Positions 8,844 to 16,171 of a stretch of DNA of 31,638 nucleotides are shown one piece after another. The DNA is taken from positions 1 to 31,638 of IMG/VR virus record IMGVR_UViG_3300048833_000217; one strand, written 5' to 3'. The notes beneath the pieces are model-generated. The model did no database searches. It saw only the letters and a program-made list of their open reading frames with translations, and was not told the DNA's origin. Position numbers and translations under genes: made by a program. The stretch is from a virus (Duplodnaviria > Caudoviricetes). The stretch's first letter is position 1. Each line of letters opens with the position of its first letter.

Positions 8844-9097
8844 TGGCCGACACGAGCCTCGACAACCCGGACGCGGGGGCGGAACTGCGTGCCTTCATTG
8901 AGCGCTACGAGCAGCTCGAAGCCGAGGACCGGGACATCAAGGATCAGATGAAAGAGGTCATGGCCGAGGCCAAGGGGCGCGGCTACGACACCAAGATCCT
9001 GCGCAAGGTGATCGCACTGCGCAAGCGCGACCGCGACGACATCGCCGAGGAAGAGGCGGTGCTGGACATGTACAAAGCCGCGCTGGGGATGGGCTGA
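8843..9097 (+). CDS. gapR: GapR/DUF2312 (UPF0335) nucleoid-associated protein (84 aa)
   Basis: '[15 protein letters not shown]...[28 protein letters not shown]...[15 protein letters not shown]'. Confidence 0.92.
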   Translation: MADTSLDNPDAGAELRAFIERYEQLEAEDRDIKDQMKEVMAEAKGRGYDTKILRKVIALRKRDRDDIAEEEAVLDMYKAALGMG

Positions 9098-9549
9098 TGA
9101 AGTGGATCGTGCCTGTCTTTCCAGAGTTTATCGAGCTGCCCTATCACCCTGACTTCCGCGTTGAACCTTTTGGTCTAGTGCCAACGCCCGCCCTTAAGGC
9201 GCGTACGAGTTGGGCCATCACGGACGAGCCTATGCCATCTAGGGCGCAGATCGACCGCATTGTTGGTGCTGCGATTACCGATCCGACAACTGCTGCCTCG
9301 GTCAAAATTGCGACTGCGCATCTGGTCGCGATCAACGCGCTGCAGGACCCTTTGTGGAGGCGAGATCAGTATCGGACGCGTGTCGATGAATGGATCGCGC
9401 CGATCTGGGAGCTCGCGCAGGAAGTCTTCGAGGCCAATGCTGACGCAGCCGCGCCGCAGACCCACGGATTCAGCCGGATTCGAAGGGCGGTCGGACTTGA
9501 GCGAGCAGGCAGGAAGTGGGCCTCTGGACATACGGGGGTATCACAATGA
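9097..9549 (+). CDS. Hypothetical protein (150 aa), more A/T-ending codons than neighbours
   Basis: TGATG coupling upstream and ATGA overlap downstream. Confidence 0.7.
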   Translation: MKWIVPVFPEFIELPYHPDFRVEPFGLVPTPALKARTSWAITDEPMPSRAQIDRIVGAAITDPTTAASVKIATAHLVAINALQDPLWRRDQYRTRVDEWIAPIWELAQEVFEANADAAAPQTHGFSRIRRAVGLERAGRKWASGHTGVSQ

Positions 9550-9824
9550 CCCACACCACGGTCATCGCCGCCCGTCTCGAATTGTCGGATCTGGCTGGCG
9601 AAATCCATCTCTTCCTCTCTGAACTCCGCAAGTCGCATTCCAACATGGAGATCGCCGCGGCAGCGGGCGATGCTTTGGGAGTCTGCTTGGCGCTTACAGA
9701 GGCCGAGGAGAGACTGGGTGAGCAGTTCCTCGAAGCGCTGTGGAAGGGCGTTGCGCGGACACAGCAGCCAACAGTTGAGGCAATTACTGAAGCCATAATT
9801 GCTGCCAAAGGAGGGCGGAACTGA
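9546..9824 (+). CDS. Hypothetical helical protein (92 aa)
   Basis: ATG9546 overlaps the previous stop. Confidence 0.7.
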   Translation: MTHTTVIAARLELSDLAGEIHLFLSELRKSHSNMEIAAAAGDALGVCLALTEAEERLGEQFLEALWKGVARTQQPTVEAITEAIIAAKGGRN

Positions 9825-9925
9825 TGCGTTGGAGCAGCCCCCTTCCCTCGGGCTGGTGGGTCTTTCCCGGTGCCATCCTTGGTGTCGGAATGTGGCTCAT
9901 CCTCGCGAAAGTGCTGTTGCCATGA
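9824..9925 (+). CDS. Small membrane protein (33 aa, MRWSSPLPSGWWVFPGAILGVGMWLILAKVLLP); not in ORF track
   Basis: AGGAGG SD, TGATG and ATGA coupling on both sides, one TM span. Confidence 0.7.
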   Translation: MRWSSPLPSGWWVFPGAILGVGMWLILAKVLLP

Positions 9926-10368
9926 CCGCTTCACGCGCCCTTCAACGGACCATTCACGCGGCTTGCCGCGATCTCGGCCTGGACACTGATGCCCGCCATG
10001 ACCTGCAGCTGCAGGTGACGGGCAAGGCTTCGATGTCGGACATGACCGACGCCGAACTGGAGGCGCTGCTCGCCCGCCTGAAGGCGGACGGGTTCCAGCA
10101 TCGACCGTCACGGAAACCGCGCCGCGAGGCCCCCCGGGCTGACCTTCGCTACGCCCATGTCCTCTGGGGTCTCCTGTCGAAGGCCGGGAAGGTGAAGAAG
10201 CCGGGACGGGCGGGGCTCAATGCCTTCATCCGGTCCCGGTTCGAAGGAAAGTGGCAATCGGTGCCGATCGACGTCGATGCGCTCCGCGAGGCGGGGCAGA
10301 TCAACGACGTGATCCGCGCGCTGAAGGACTGGTGCGCCCGCGAGGGCATCCCCACGGAGCGCTCATGA
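9922..10368 (+). CDS. gemA: GemA / Mu gp16 (DUF1018) family protein (148 aa)
   Basis: 'IHAACRDLGLD...RHDLQLQVTGKASMSDMTDAEL..LL..LKADGF...HVLW..L...VIRALKDW'. Confidence 0.88.
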   Translation: MTASRALQRTIHAACRDLGLDTDARHDLQLQVTGKASMSDMTDAELEALLARLKADGFQHRPSRKPRREAPRADLRYAHVLWGLLSKAGKVKKPGRAGLNAFIRSRFEGKWQSVPIDVDALREAGQINDVIRALKDWCAREGIPTERS

Positions 10369-10646
10369 TGAAACCCCGCGTCCAGTACGTCACCGACCAT
10401 GCTGTCCTCCGCTATCTGGAGCGGATCAAGGGTATCGATATCGAGCAAGCGCGGCGTGAGATCGCCGCCCGTGTGGACAAGGTTCTGCAGGACCCGCGCA
10501 TTGCTGATGGAGAGGTCGACTGCGCGAGCGGTGTGGTGATCGACGGCTATGCCTTCCGGCTGGAAGGTCAGACCGTGGTGACCGTTCTCAAGGTCAACCA
10601 TCCCGACAAGCGCACCGGACGCGTTCGGGCGGAGCGGCGGTCGTGA
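10365..10646 (+). CDS. Hypothetical protein (93 aa), 'VTDHAVLRYLER...VVTVL'
   Basis: Coupled ORF; start reassigned to ATG10365. Confidence 0.78.
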   Translation: MMKPRVQYVTDHAVLRYLERIKGIDIEQARREIAARVDKVLQDPRIADGEVDCASGVVIDGYAFRLEGQTVVTVLKVNHPDKRTGRVRAERRS

Positions 10647-11206
10647 TCGCGCCGTGGCCTTTCGAGGGTCTGAGCCCCTTCAAGTATGGCGCAATCCTCG
10701 CTGATCCGCCGTGGGCCTATGACATGCGGTCCGCAAAGGGCCACGCAAAAAGCCCTGAGGCGCACTACGCGACGATGACGCCCGATGCGATCAAGGCCCT
10801 CCCGGTCGACCAGCTTGCCGCCCCCGATTGCCTACTCTTCCTCTGGACCACCTGGCCGCATCTGCCCCTGGCGATGGAGGTCATGTCCGCGTGGGGGTTC
10901 ACATTCAAGACGGGCGGCGCCTGGGTGAAGCGCACACCAGGCGGCAAGACCGCGTTCGGGACCGGGTACCTCCTGAGGTCGGCGACGGAACCCTTTCTCA
11001 TCGGTACGATCGGTGCGCCGGCGATCCGGTCAAGGAGCGTCCGCAACCTGATCGATGCGGGTCGGCGCGAACACTCCCGCAAGCCGCCTGAGGCGCGCGC
11101 GATGGTCGATGCGCTTCTCCCCGATGTTTGGGCCTGTGAGCTGTTCGCCCGTGAGGAATGGCCGGGCCGCGATGTCTGGGGCGACCAGGTGGGGAGGTTC
11201 GGGTGA
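10643..11206 (+). CDS. MT-A70 family (N6-adenine) methyltransferase (187 aa)
   Basis: 'ILADPPW', 'LFLWTT', 'AWGF', 'GTGYLLRSATE', 'REHSRKP', 'ELFARE..PG.DVWGDQ'. Confidence 0.93.
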   Translation: MIAPWPFEGLSPFKYGAILADPPWAYDMRSAKGHAKSPEAHYATMTPDAIKALPVDQLAAPDCLLFLWTTWPHLPLAMEVMSAWGFTFKTGGAWVKRTPGGKTAFGTGYLLRSATEPFLIGTIGAPAIRSRSVRNLIDAGRREHSRKPPEARAMVDALLPDVWACELFAREEWPGRDVWGDQVGRFG

Positions 11207-11592
11207 CCATCGACCCGGGCCATCTCGTCCCCCGACCGCCGGCGCACGTCGAGCCCTATGTCCGCATCCTCGGGCTCGACGGAGCGATCGAGTTCCTGCT
11301 CGCCTTTGGCGGATCGGAGCGGCATGTCGCACGCGACCCGAAACTTCGGGCGGACATCGAGGCGGTGATCGGCGCGGATGGCGCGGCCGCGCTCGCCGAG
11401 GCCGCGATGGCACTCCCCCGTCGGCATCCACTTGCAAAGCCCTGGATGGCGCAGGTCTTTCACGCACGGGGCTTGTCCGTGAACGAGATCGCGCGCAAGG
11501 TGCGCGTCAGCAACGTCTCTGTTCGCTCCTATCTGGAAGTGGACCGACAGAAGCGGCCGCCTCCCTCCCAGCCAGACCTTTTCGAGTTCTAG
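11203..11592 (+). CDS. Mor/C-like late transcription activator (129 aa)
   Basis: 'ILGLDGAIEFLLAFGGSE' N-domain plus C-terminal HTH 'GLSVNEIARKVRVSNVSVRSYL'; last gene before lysis genes. Confidence 0.8.
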   Translation: MTIDPGHLVPRPPAHVEPYVRILGLDGAIEFLLAFGGSERHVARDPKLRADIEAVIGADGAAALAEAAMALPRRHPLAKPWMAQVFHARGLSVNEIARKVRVSNVSVRSYLEVDRQKRPPPSQPDLFEF

Positions 11593-11603
11593 CCGCCTTC
11601 CCG

Positions 11604-11649
11604 CGCAAACCGTTGTGCGTGGTTTTACGGGGGGCGCGCGACCTACCCT
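11604..11649 (+). promoter_or_regulatory. Late promoter 1 (lysis/packaging operon): 17-bp activator box
   Basis: CGCAAACCGTTGTGCGT (11604-11620), identical to 21196-21212; -10-like TACCCT at 11644-11649. Confidence 0.78.
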
Positions 11650-11696
11650 GAGCGCATCCAGCCGCGTCGCTGGCTCCGCTGCTTGAGGTACCGATC

Positions 11697-12320
11697 ATGA
11701 GCTTGAAACTGGTCCAGCAGGGCCTTCAGGGCCTGCGCCATGATGTCGGCCCCATCGACGGCCGCTGGGGCCCGCGGACGGAAAAGGCGATGCAGGCTTG
11801 CATTGCCAACCGGGGCGAGCCGATCGTTTTCGCGTCGGAGCCGGTAACCTTCCCCGCTGGGACGCCCAGGCTCTATCAGGGATCGGCCCGCTACCTGGTC
11901 GACGAGATCGTCGTCCATTGCGCCGACACGCTGCCCGACTGGATGGCGGGAGCGCCGCTGGCAGACAAGGTCGCTGAGGTGACCCGCTGGCACAAGGCGC
12001 GGGGCTGGCGGACAGTCGGGTATCATTGGCTGATCGACCGAGATGGAGCGGTCTGGCCGGGTCGCGCCGAGACCGAGATCGGGGCGGGTGTCGAGGGCCA
12101 CAATCGCGGCGTGATCCACGTGTGCCTTTTCGGCGGACATGGATCGGCTTCGACCGACCGGTTTCTGTCGAACTTCACCACTGCGCAGGATGCCCGGCTC
12201 CGGCGCCTCATTTCCGCTGTCAGCACGCGCACGACGATCCGTCGGATCTCTGGCCACAATGAGTGGGCGGCCAAGGCCTGCCCCGGCTTCAACGTCCCCG
12301 TCTGGCTCAACGCCGCCTGA
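11697..12320 (+). CDS. Endolysin: peptidoglycan-binding domain + N-acetylmuramoyl-L-alanine amidase (Amidase_2)
   Basis: 'VQQGL..L..DVGPIDGRWGPRT'; 'IVVHCAD', 'WHKARGWRTVGYHWLIDRDG', 'GHNEWAAKACPGF'. Confidence 0.93.
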   Translation: MSLKLVQQGLQGLRHDVGPIDGRWGPRTEKAMQACIANRGEPIVFASEPVTFPAGTPRLYQGSARYLVDEIVVHCADTLPDWMAGAPLADKVAEVTRWHKARGWRTVGYHWLIDRDGAVWPGRAETEIGAGVEGHNRGVIHVCLFGGHGSASTDRFLSNFTTAQDARLRRLISAVSTRTTIRRISGHNEWAAKACPGFNVPVWLNAA

Positions 12321-12331
12321 AAGGTTTGCCT

Positions 12332-12709
12332 ATGACCGCCACTGTCTTCGTCCAGGCCCACCAGAAGCCCTGCCGGATCACGACCGTCCACCCGGTCGGC
12401 CGCGCCGCCACTGCGCCCATCATGGTGGAGCCGGGCCACGAGCAGACGATCCACATCCACGACACACAGAGCCTCTTCGTCGAGGAACTGCAGCCGGGGG
12501 CCGCCCCGGCCATCGACTTCGCCGGGGAAGAGCCGATCCTGCGATACTTCGCCTTCGCGCATCTGCCTGACAACCTGCGCGAGGTCTCGCGTCCTTTCGC
12601 TCAGCTCGCCAACACCCTGTGCCTGGTCCTTTCACGCGGACCGGAGCGGAGCGTGGCGCTCCGTAAGCTTCTCGAATCCAAGGATGCCGCCGTCCGCGCG
12701 GCTCTCTGA
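12332..12709 (+). CDS. Two-domain hypothetical protein (125 aa) with C-terminal helical hairpin
   Basis: Start ATG12332; beta-rich N-half plus 'LRYFAFAHLP...SRPF..LA......GPERSVALRKLLESKDAAVRA'. Confidence 0.8.
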   Translation: MTATVFVQAHQKPCRITTVHPVGRAATAPIMVEPGHEQTIHIHDTQSLFVEELQPGAAPAIDFAGEEPILRYFAFAHLPDNLREVSRPFAQLANTLCLVLSRGPERSVALRKLLESKDAAVRAAL

Positions 12710-12723
12710 CAAAGGTCTGATCC

Positions 12724-13119
12724 ATGTTCGACTCCCTCCTGACGGCCCTTGAGCCGCGCCTGACCGAGGCGCTGGCGGGGCTTCTTGTCCTCCTCTTCGG
12801 CATTATGGCGTCGATGGTGAAGCGCGCCTTCGCGGGCGTGCCCGACCTGATCCGGCAGCATCTGGGGGTCCAGGCCGAGAAGATCTGGCGCGAGGCGATG
12901 CATCGCGCGCTGACCTCCGGGGTGCTGGCAACCGAGGGGATTGCCGAAGAGGATGCCCGGATCGAGGGCATCCTCGACTACGCCTTCCGCAGCTCTCCGG
13001 AGTCGATCGCAAGGCTTGGGCCCAGTCCCGATGTGCTTCGTGACCTCGCACGCGCCAAATTGCGCGAGGTGGGGGGCCAAGTGTCCACACGCCAAGGTCA
13101 GGACGAGGCGGAAGCATGA
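12724..13119 (+). CDS. Membrane protein, putative holin (131 aa)
   Basis: One N-terminal TM (ALAGLLVLLFGIMASMV); located in the lysis cassette. Confidence 0.6.
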   Translation: MFDSLLTALEPRLTEALAGLLVLLFGIMASMVKRAFAGVPDLIRQHLGVQAEKIWREAMHRALTSGVLATEGIAEEDARIEGILDYAFRSSPESIARLGPSPDVLRDLARAKLREVGGQVSTRQGQDEAEA

Positions 13120-13460
13120 ACCTCATCTTCGACCCGACAGTGACGGTGGGCGTCATTGTGACCATCGTTCTTGCCGTTGTCGGTTGGGTCCAGATGGGCC
13201 GCAAAGCCACGAACGAGCGCATCGGGTCGGTCGTCGCGCGTCTTGATCGCCACGACACACGCCTCCAGTCGCTGGAGCAGACCGTGACCGGACTGCCGGC
13301 GAAGGATCACATCCACGACCTGAAGCTAGAACTCGCTGCGATGAAGGGGGAGCTCAAGGCGATGTCGGCAGTGATGGAGGGCAACGCCAAAATCATGCTG
13401 CGCCTGGAAAACATCGTGACCCGCCATGAAGACCATCTGCTCGACGGAGGCCGGAAGTGA
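13116..13460 (+). CDS. DUF2730 / Mu gp25-like membrane-anchored coiled-coil protein
   Basis: N-terminal TM, 'RLQSLEQTVTGLP.KD.IH.L...L..M.GEL', 'RHEDHLL'; gene order. Confidence 0.8.
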   Translation: MNLIFDPTVTVGVIVTIVLAVVGWVQMGRKATNERIGSVVARLDRHDTRLQSLEQTVTGLPAKDHIHDLKLELAAMKGELKAMSAVMEGNAKIMLRLENIVTRHEDHLLDGGRK

Positions 13461-13762
13461 CCGACTACGCCGCAACCCTGCAGAGGCATCGCCGCCTCGC
13501 GATCCTGCGCTTTCTCGAAGCCAGCCCGACCTTCACCTCGAATGTGTCGATCCTGACCGACGTACTCAACAGCGACAGCATCGGCATCGACACGTCGCGC
13601 GACCAGACAACGACCGAGCTCGCCTGGCTGGCGGAACAGGGCTTCGTGACGCTTGCCGGCAATCCGGACTTCCAGGTCGCCACGGCCACCGCCCGCGGGG
13701 TGGATATCGCCCTCGGCCGTGCGACGCACCCGGATATCCAGCGGCCGAGCCCGAGGCGCTGA
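13457..13762 (+). CDS. Mu gp26-like winged-helix protein
   Basis: 'RRLAILRFL...SRDQ..TELAWLAEQGFV...ATARGVDIALGRA..P.IQRPSP'. Confidence 0.85.
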   Translation: MTDYAATLQRHRRLAILRFLEASPTFTSNVSILTDVLNSDSIGIDTSRDQTTTELAWLAEQGFVTLAGNPDFQVATATARGVDIALGRATHPDIQRPSPRR

Positions 13763-13763
13763 G

Positions 13764-14303
13764 ATGCCCCCGCCCCGCAAGATCGACCTATTACCCCCCG
13801 AGCTGCGCGCCTGGTTGCAGGAGGAACTGCGCGCCCGTGGCTTCGCACAGTACGAGGAGCTGGCCGACGCCCTGAACTTCCGCCTGGAAGAGGCCGGGCT
13901 TGACCTGCGCATCCGCAAGTCGGCGATCCACGACTTCGGTTCGGAATACCGCGAGTTCGTGAGGCTGCAGGAACAGGCGTCGGACTGGGCCAAGGAATGG
14001 TTGGGCGAGATGGGCATGGACGATCAGGCGCAACGCCAGAACGTGCTCTTCCAGATGCTGACCACGCTCGCCTTCAAGGTCATGCAGGCCGAGGTCGCGA
14101 AAGAGGGCGCCGAGATCAGCCCGCAGAACCTCCACTTCCTCGCGCGCATGATGAAAGACGTCATGACGTCGTCAGGCATCGCCCAAGCGATGCAGGAGAA
14201 GGACCGCAAAGCGCAGGCCGCGAAGCTCGACGCCGCCGCTGCCGCCGGCGAGATCGACGAAGACTTCCGCCAGCGCGCCCGCGAAATCATGGGGTTCGCG
14301 TGA
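13764..14303 (+). CDS. DUF3486 / Mu gp27 family, putative terminase small subunit (179 aa)
   Basis: 'RKIDLLPPELRAWLQEELRARGFAQYEELADAL...KSAIH'. Confidence 0.88.
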   Translation: MPPPRKIDLLPPELRAWLQEELRARGFAQYEELADALNFRLEEAGLDLRIRKSAIHDFGSEYREFVRLQEQASDWAKEWLGEMGMDDQAQRQNVLFQMLTTLAFKVMQAEVAKEGAEISPQNLHFLARMMKDVMTSSGIAQAMQEKDRKAQAAKLDAAAAAGEIDEDFRQRAREIMGFA

Positions 14304-14503
14304 TGAGCCGGGATGATTTTTGCCGCGGAATGGCGGCCGCACGGGTGACATGCAACGTCGCCGACCTACTGACAACCGACGAAATCCTGTCATGCGGCGG
14401 TCCCGACTTCCTGGCGGGCGAGGAGACCGACGAACCGCCCGATTGGCATCAAGGCTGGGATCATGCGGTCCTGACGGCCCGGGGCGAGGTGACCCTCCAG
14501 TGA
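14303..14503 (+). CDS. Hypothetical protein (66 aa)
   Basis: TGATG coupling upstream; GTGA overlap downstream. Confidence 0.65.
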   Translation: MSRDDFCRGMAAARVTCNVADLLTTDEILSCGGPDFLAGEETDEPPDWHQGWDHAVLTARGEVTLQ

Positions 14504-14793
14504 TCCGCGCCCTCTATTATCCCGACCGGGAGACGTGGGCCCGCAACCGGCACCCGGGCAGTTTCATCCTCGTCGGCCGCGATCATCCCGGGCTCTTCGA
14601 GTTCCGCTACTTCTGCCCCTGTGGTTGCGGGACGGAGGGCGGGATCCTCATTGGTGACGGGGTCAAGCCGGGCGGCGACCGGCCGTCCTGGCGCTGGAAC
14701 GGATCTCGGACAGAGCCGACGCTCGACCCCTCTGTCCATCACGTCGGGCATTGGCACGGCTGGCTGCGCAACGGGTACTGGGAGGTCGCATGA
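14500..14793 (+). CDS. DUF6527-like protein (97 aa)
   Basis: GAGG SD, GTG start; 'FCPCGCG...WRWNGSRTEPTLDPSV...HWHGWLRNG'. Confidence 0.78.
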   Translation: MIRALYYPDRETWARNRHPGSFILVGRDHPGLFEFRYFCPCGCGTEGGILIGDGVKPGGDRPSWRWNGSRTEPTLDPSVHHVGHWHGWLRNGYWEVA

Positions 14794-15101
14794 TGGCCAC
14801 CCCAGAAGAAGTCGCAAACGACCTGTCGGCATGGGCCCGCAATCTTGAACGCCGCGATGGCTTCCTGGCCAAAGTCTGTCGAGATACGGCCGTGTTGATC
14901 AGCCGAATGGCCGTCGGCCAGTGGATCGATGGTCGCACGTACTACGGCCTGCAGAAGAGGCTTCACAATCAGGTCTTCATCCGCCGCCAGGAGGACAGCG
15001 CAATCGAGCGGTCCCTGTCGCGTGGACTCAAGACACTGGAGGATCTCCGGCGGGCTGCTGTCCAAGGTACTGGGAGGTCACATGTCGAACCCCTGTCCTG
15101 A
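14790..15101 (+). CDS. Hypothetical protein (103 aa)
   Basis: GGAGG SD; ATGA overlap. Confidence 0.75.
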   Translation: MMATPEEVANDLSAWARNLERRDGFLAKVCRDTAVLISRMAVGQWIDGRTYYGLQKRLHNQVFIRRQEDSAIERSLSRGLKTLEDLRRAAVQGTGRSHVEPLS

Positions 15102-15294
15102 CTGTGAGCGGTTCGAGAATGGGTACGTGCCTTGTGACAGGTGCCGGGTCTTGACCTCGAACCCTGCGCTGCATGGCGGACTTCGACCTGTCGCTCAGAC
15201 GCCGGAGTCCGCAAACGCCCGCTTCGACCGGATCGAGGCACGCCTCTCCCGTCTTGAGGCGGCCATGCGTGGTGACCCGCGGAGGATCGGCTGA
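15082..15294 (+). CDS. Small CxxC...CxxC protein with coiled-coil tail (70 aa)
   Basis: GGGAGG SD; CPDC...CDRC. Confidence 0.65.
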   Translation: MSNPCPDCERFENGYVPCDRCRVLTSNPALHGGLRPVAQTPESANARFDRIEARLSRLEAAMRGDPRRIG

Positions 15295-15491
15295 TGCCGC
15301 GAAAATCGAGCCAACGGCTTTCTGCTTTTGGGCAACGGGAGCGCGAATTGCAGGCCTATCGTCGCAATCGGGCAAGGCGAAGCACACCACGTGGTCTGCT
15401 CCCGGCAGCGAACCCCCTTGCGCAACGGGCGTTCGCCCTGGCAGCCGCGGCCTGCCTTCTTGGCATCGTATTTCTTTGGGTTGCCCTATGA
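15294..15491 (+). CDS. Small basic protein with C-terminal TM (65 aa)
   Basis: Coupled on both sides; 'AFALAAAACLLGIVFLWVAL'. Confidence 0.65.
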   Translation: MPRKSSQRLSAFGQRERELQAYRRNRARRSTPRGLLPAANPLAQRAFALAAAACLLGIVFLWVAL

Positions 15492-16171
15492 CCGACGCCG
15501 TCCGCCGCAAGATCGCGGCCCTCCTGAAGATGACCAGCCGTGCGGGGTGCACAGAAGCCGAAGCGCTGGCCGCGGCGGAAAAAGCGGCCGCGCTGATGGC
15601 GGAGTACGGGCTGACCGAAGAGGAGGTCTTGTTCGGCAAGGAGTCGGTGCGGGTACAGTCGCGCGGCAACGGCGCGCGGGATCCGCTCTGGTCGCGCCTC
15701 GCCGACTTCACGAACACAGCCGTGGTGCGGGACTGGATCGGCAAATCAAGCGCTCTGACGTTTGTGGGTGTATCGCCGGGACCGGAGGTCGCGGTCTACC
15801 TCTACACCGTGCTCAACCGCGCGATCGACGCGGAGGTGGCGGGTTTCAAGAAGACCCGCGTCTACACGAACCGACGCACGGCAAGCAGCAAACGCGCGGC
15901 GGTTGAGGACTTCACCAAGGGCATGGTGTTCCGGCTTATCTGGCGGTTGAGTGAACTCTTCCGACCGTCCATGTCACCCGCGGCGCGGTCGGCCGCACAG
16001 AATGCGCTAAACCGTTTCTTCCCGGACACCGTACCGATCAAGAAGCTTGCCTCCCACCGCAAGGAACTCGGGCACGTCCAGAACCTCGGCTGGTCAGCCG
16101 GGGGCAAGCCTCAGCTGGCGCACGGCATGGCGGGCAGGGACGGACCCAAGGCGATCGGAGGTGGCGGGTGA
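15488..16171 (+). CDS. DUF2786-domain protein (227 aa)
   Basis: 'RRKIAALLKM....GCTEAEALAAAEKAAALMAEYGL'; start ATG15488. Confidence 0.85.
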   Translation: MTDAVRRKIAALLKMTSRAGCTEAEALAAAEKAAALMAEYGLTEEEVLFGKESVRVQSRGNGARDPLWSRLADFTNTAVVRDWIGKSSALTFVGVSPGPEVAVYLYTVLNRAIDAEVAGFKKTRVYTNRRTASSKRAAVEDFTKGMVFRLIWRLSELFRPSMSPAARSAAQNALNRFFPDTVPIKKLASHRKELGHVQNLGWSAGGKPQLAHGMAGRDGPKAIGGGG

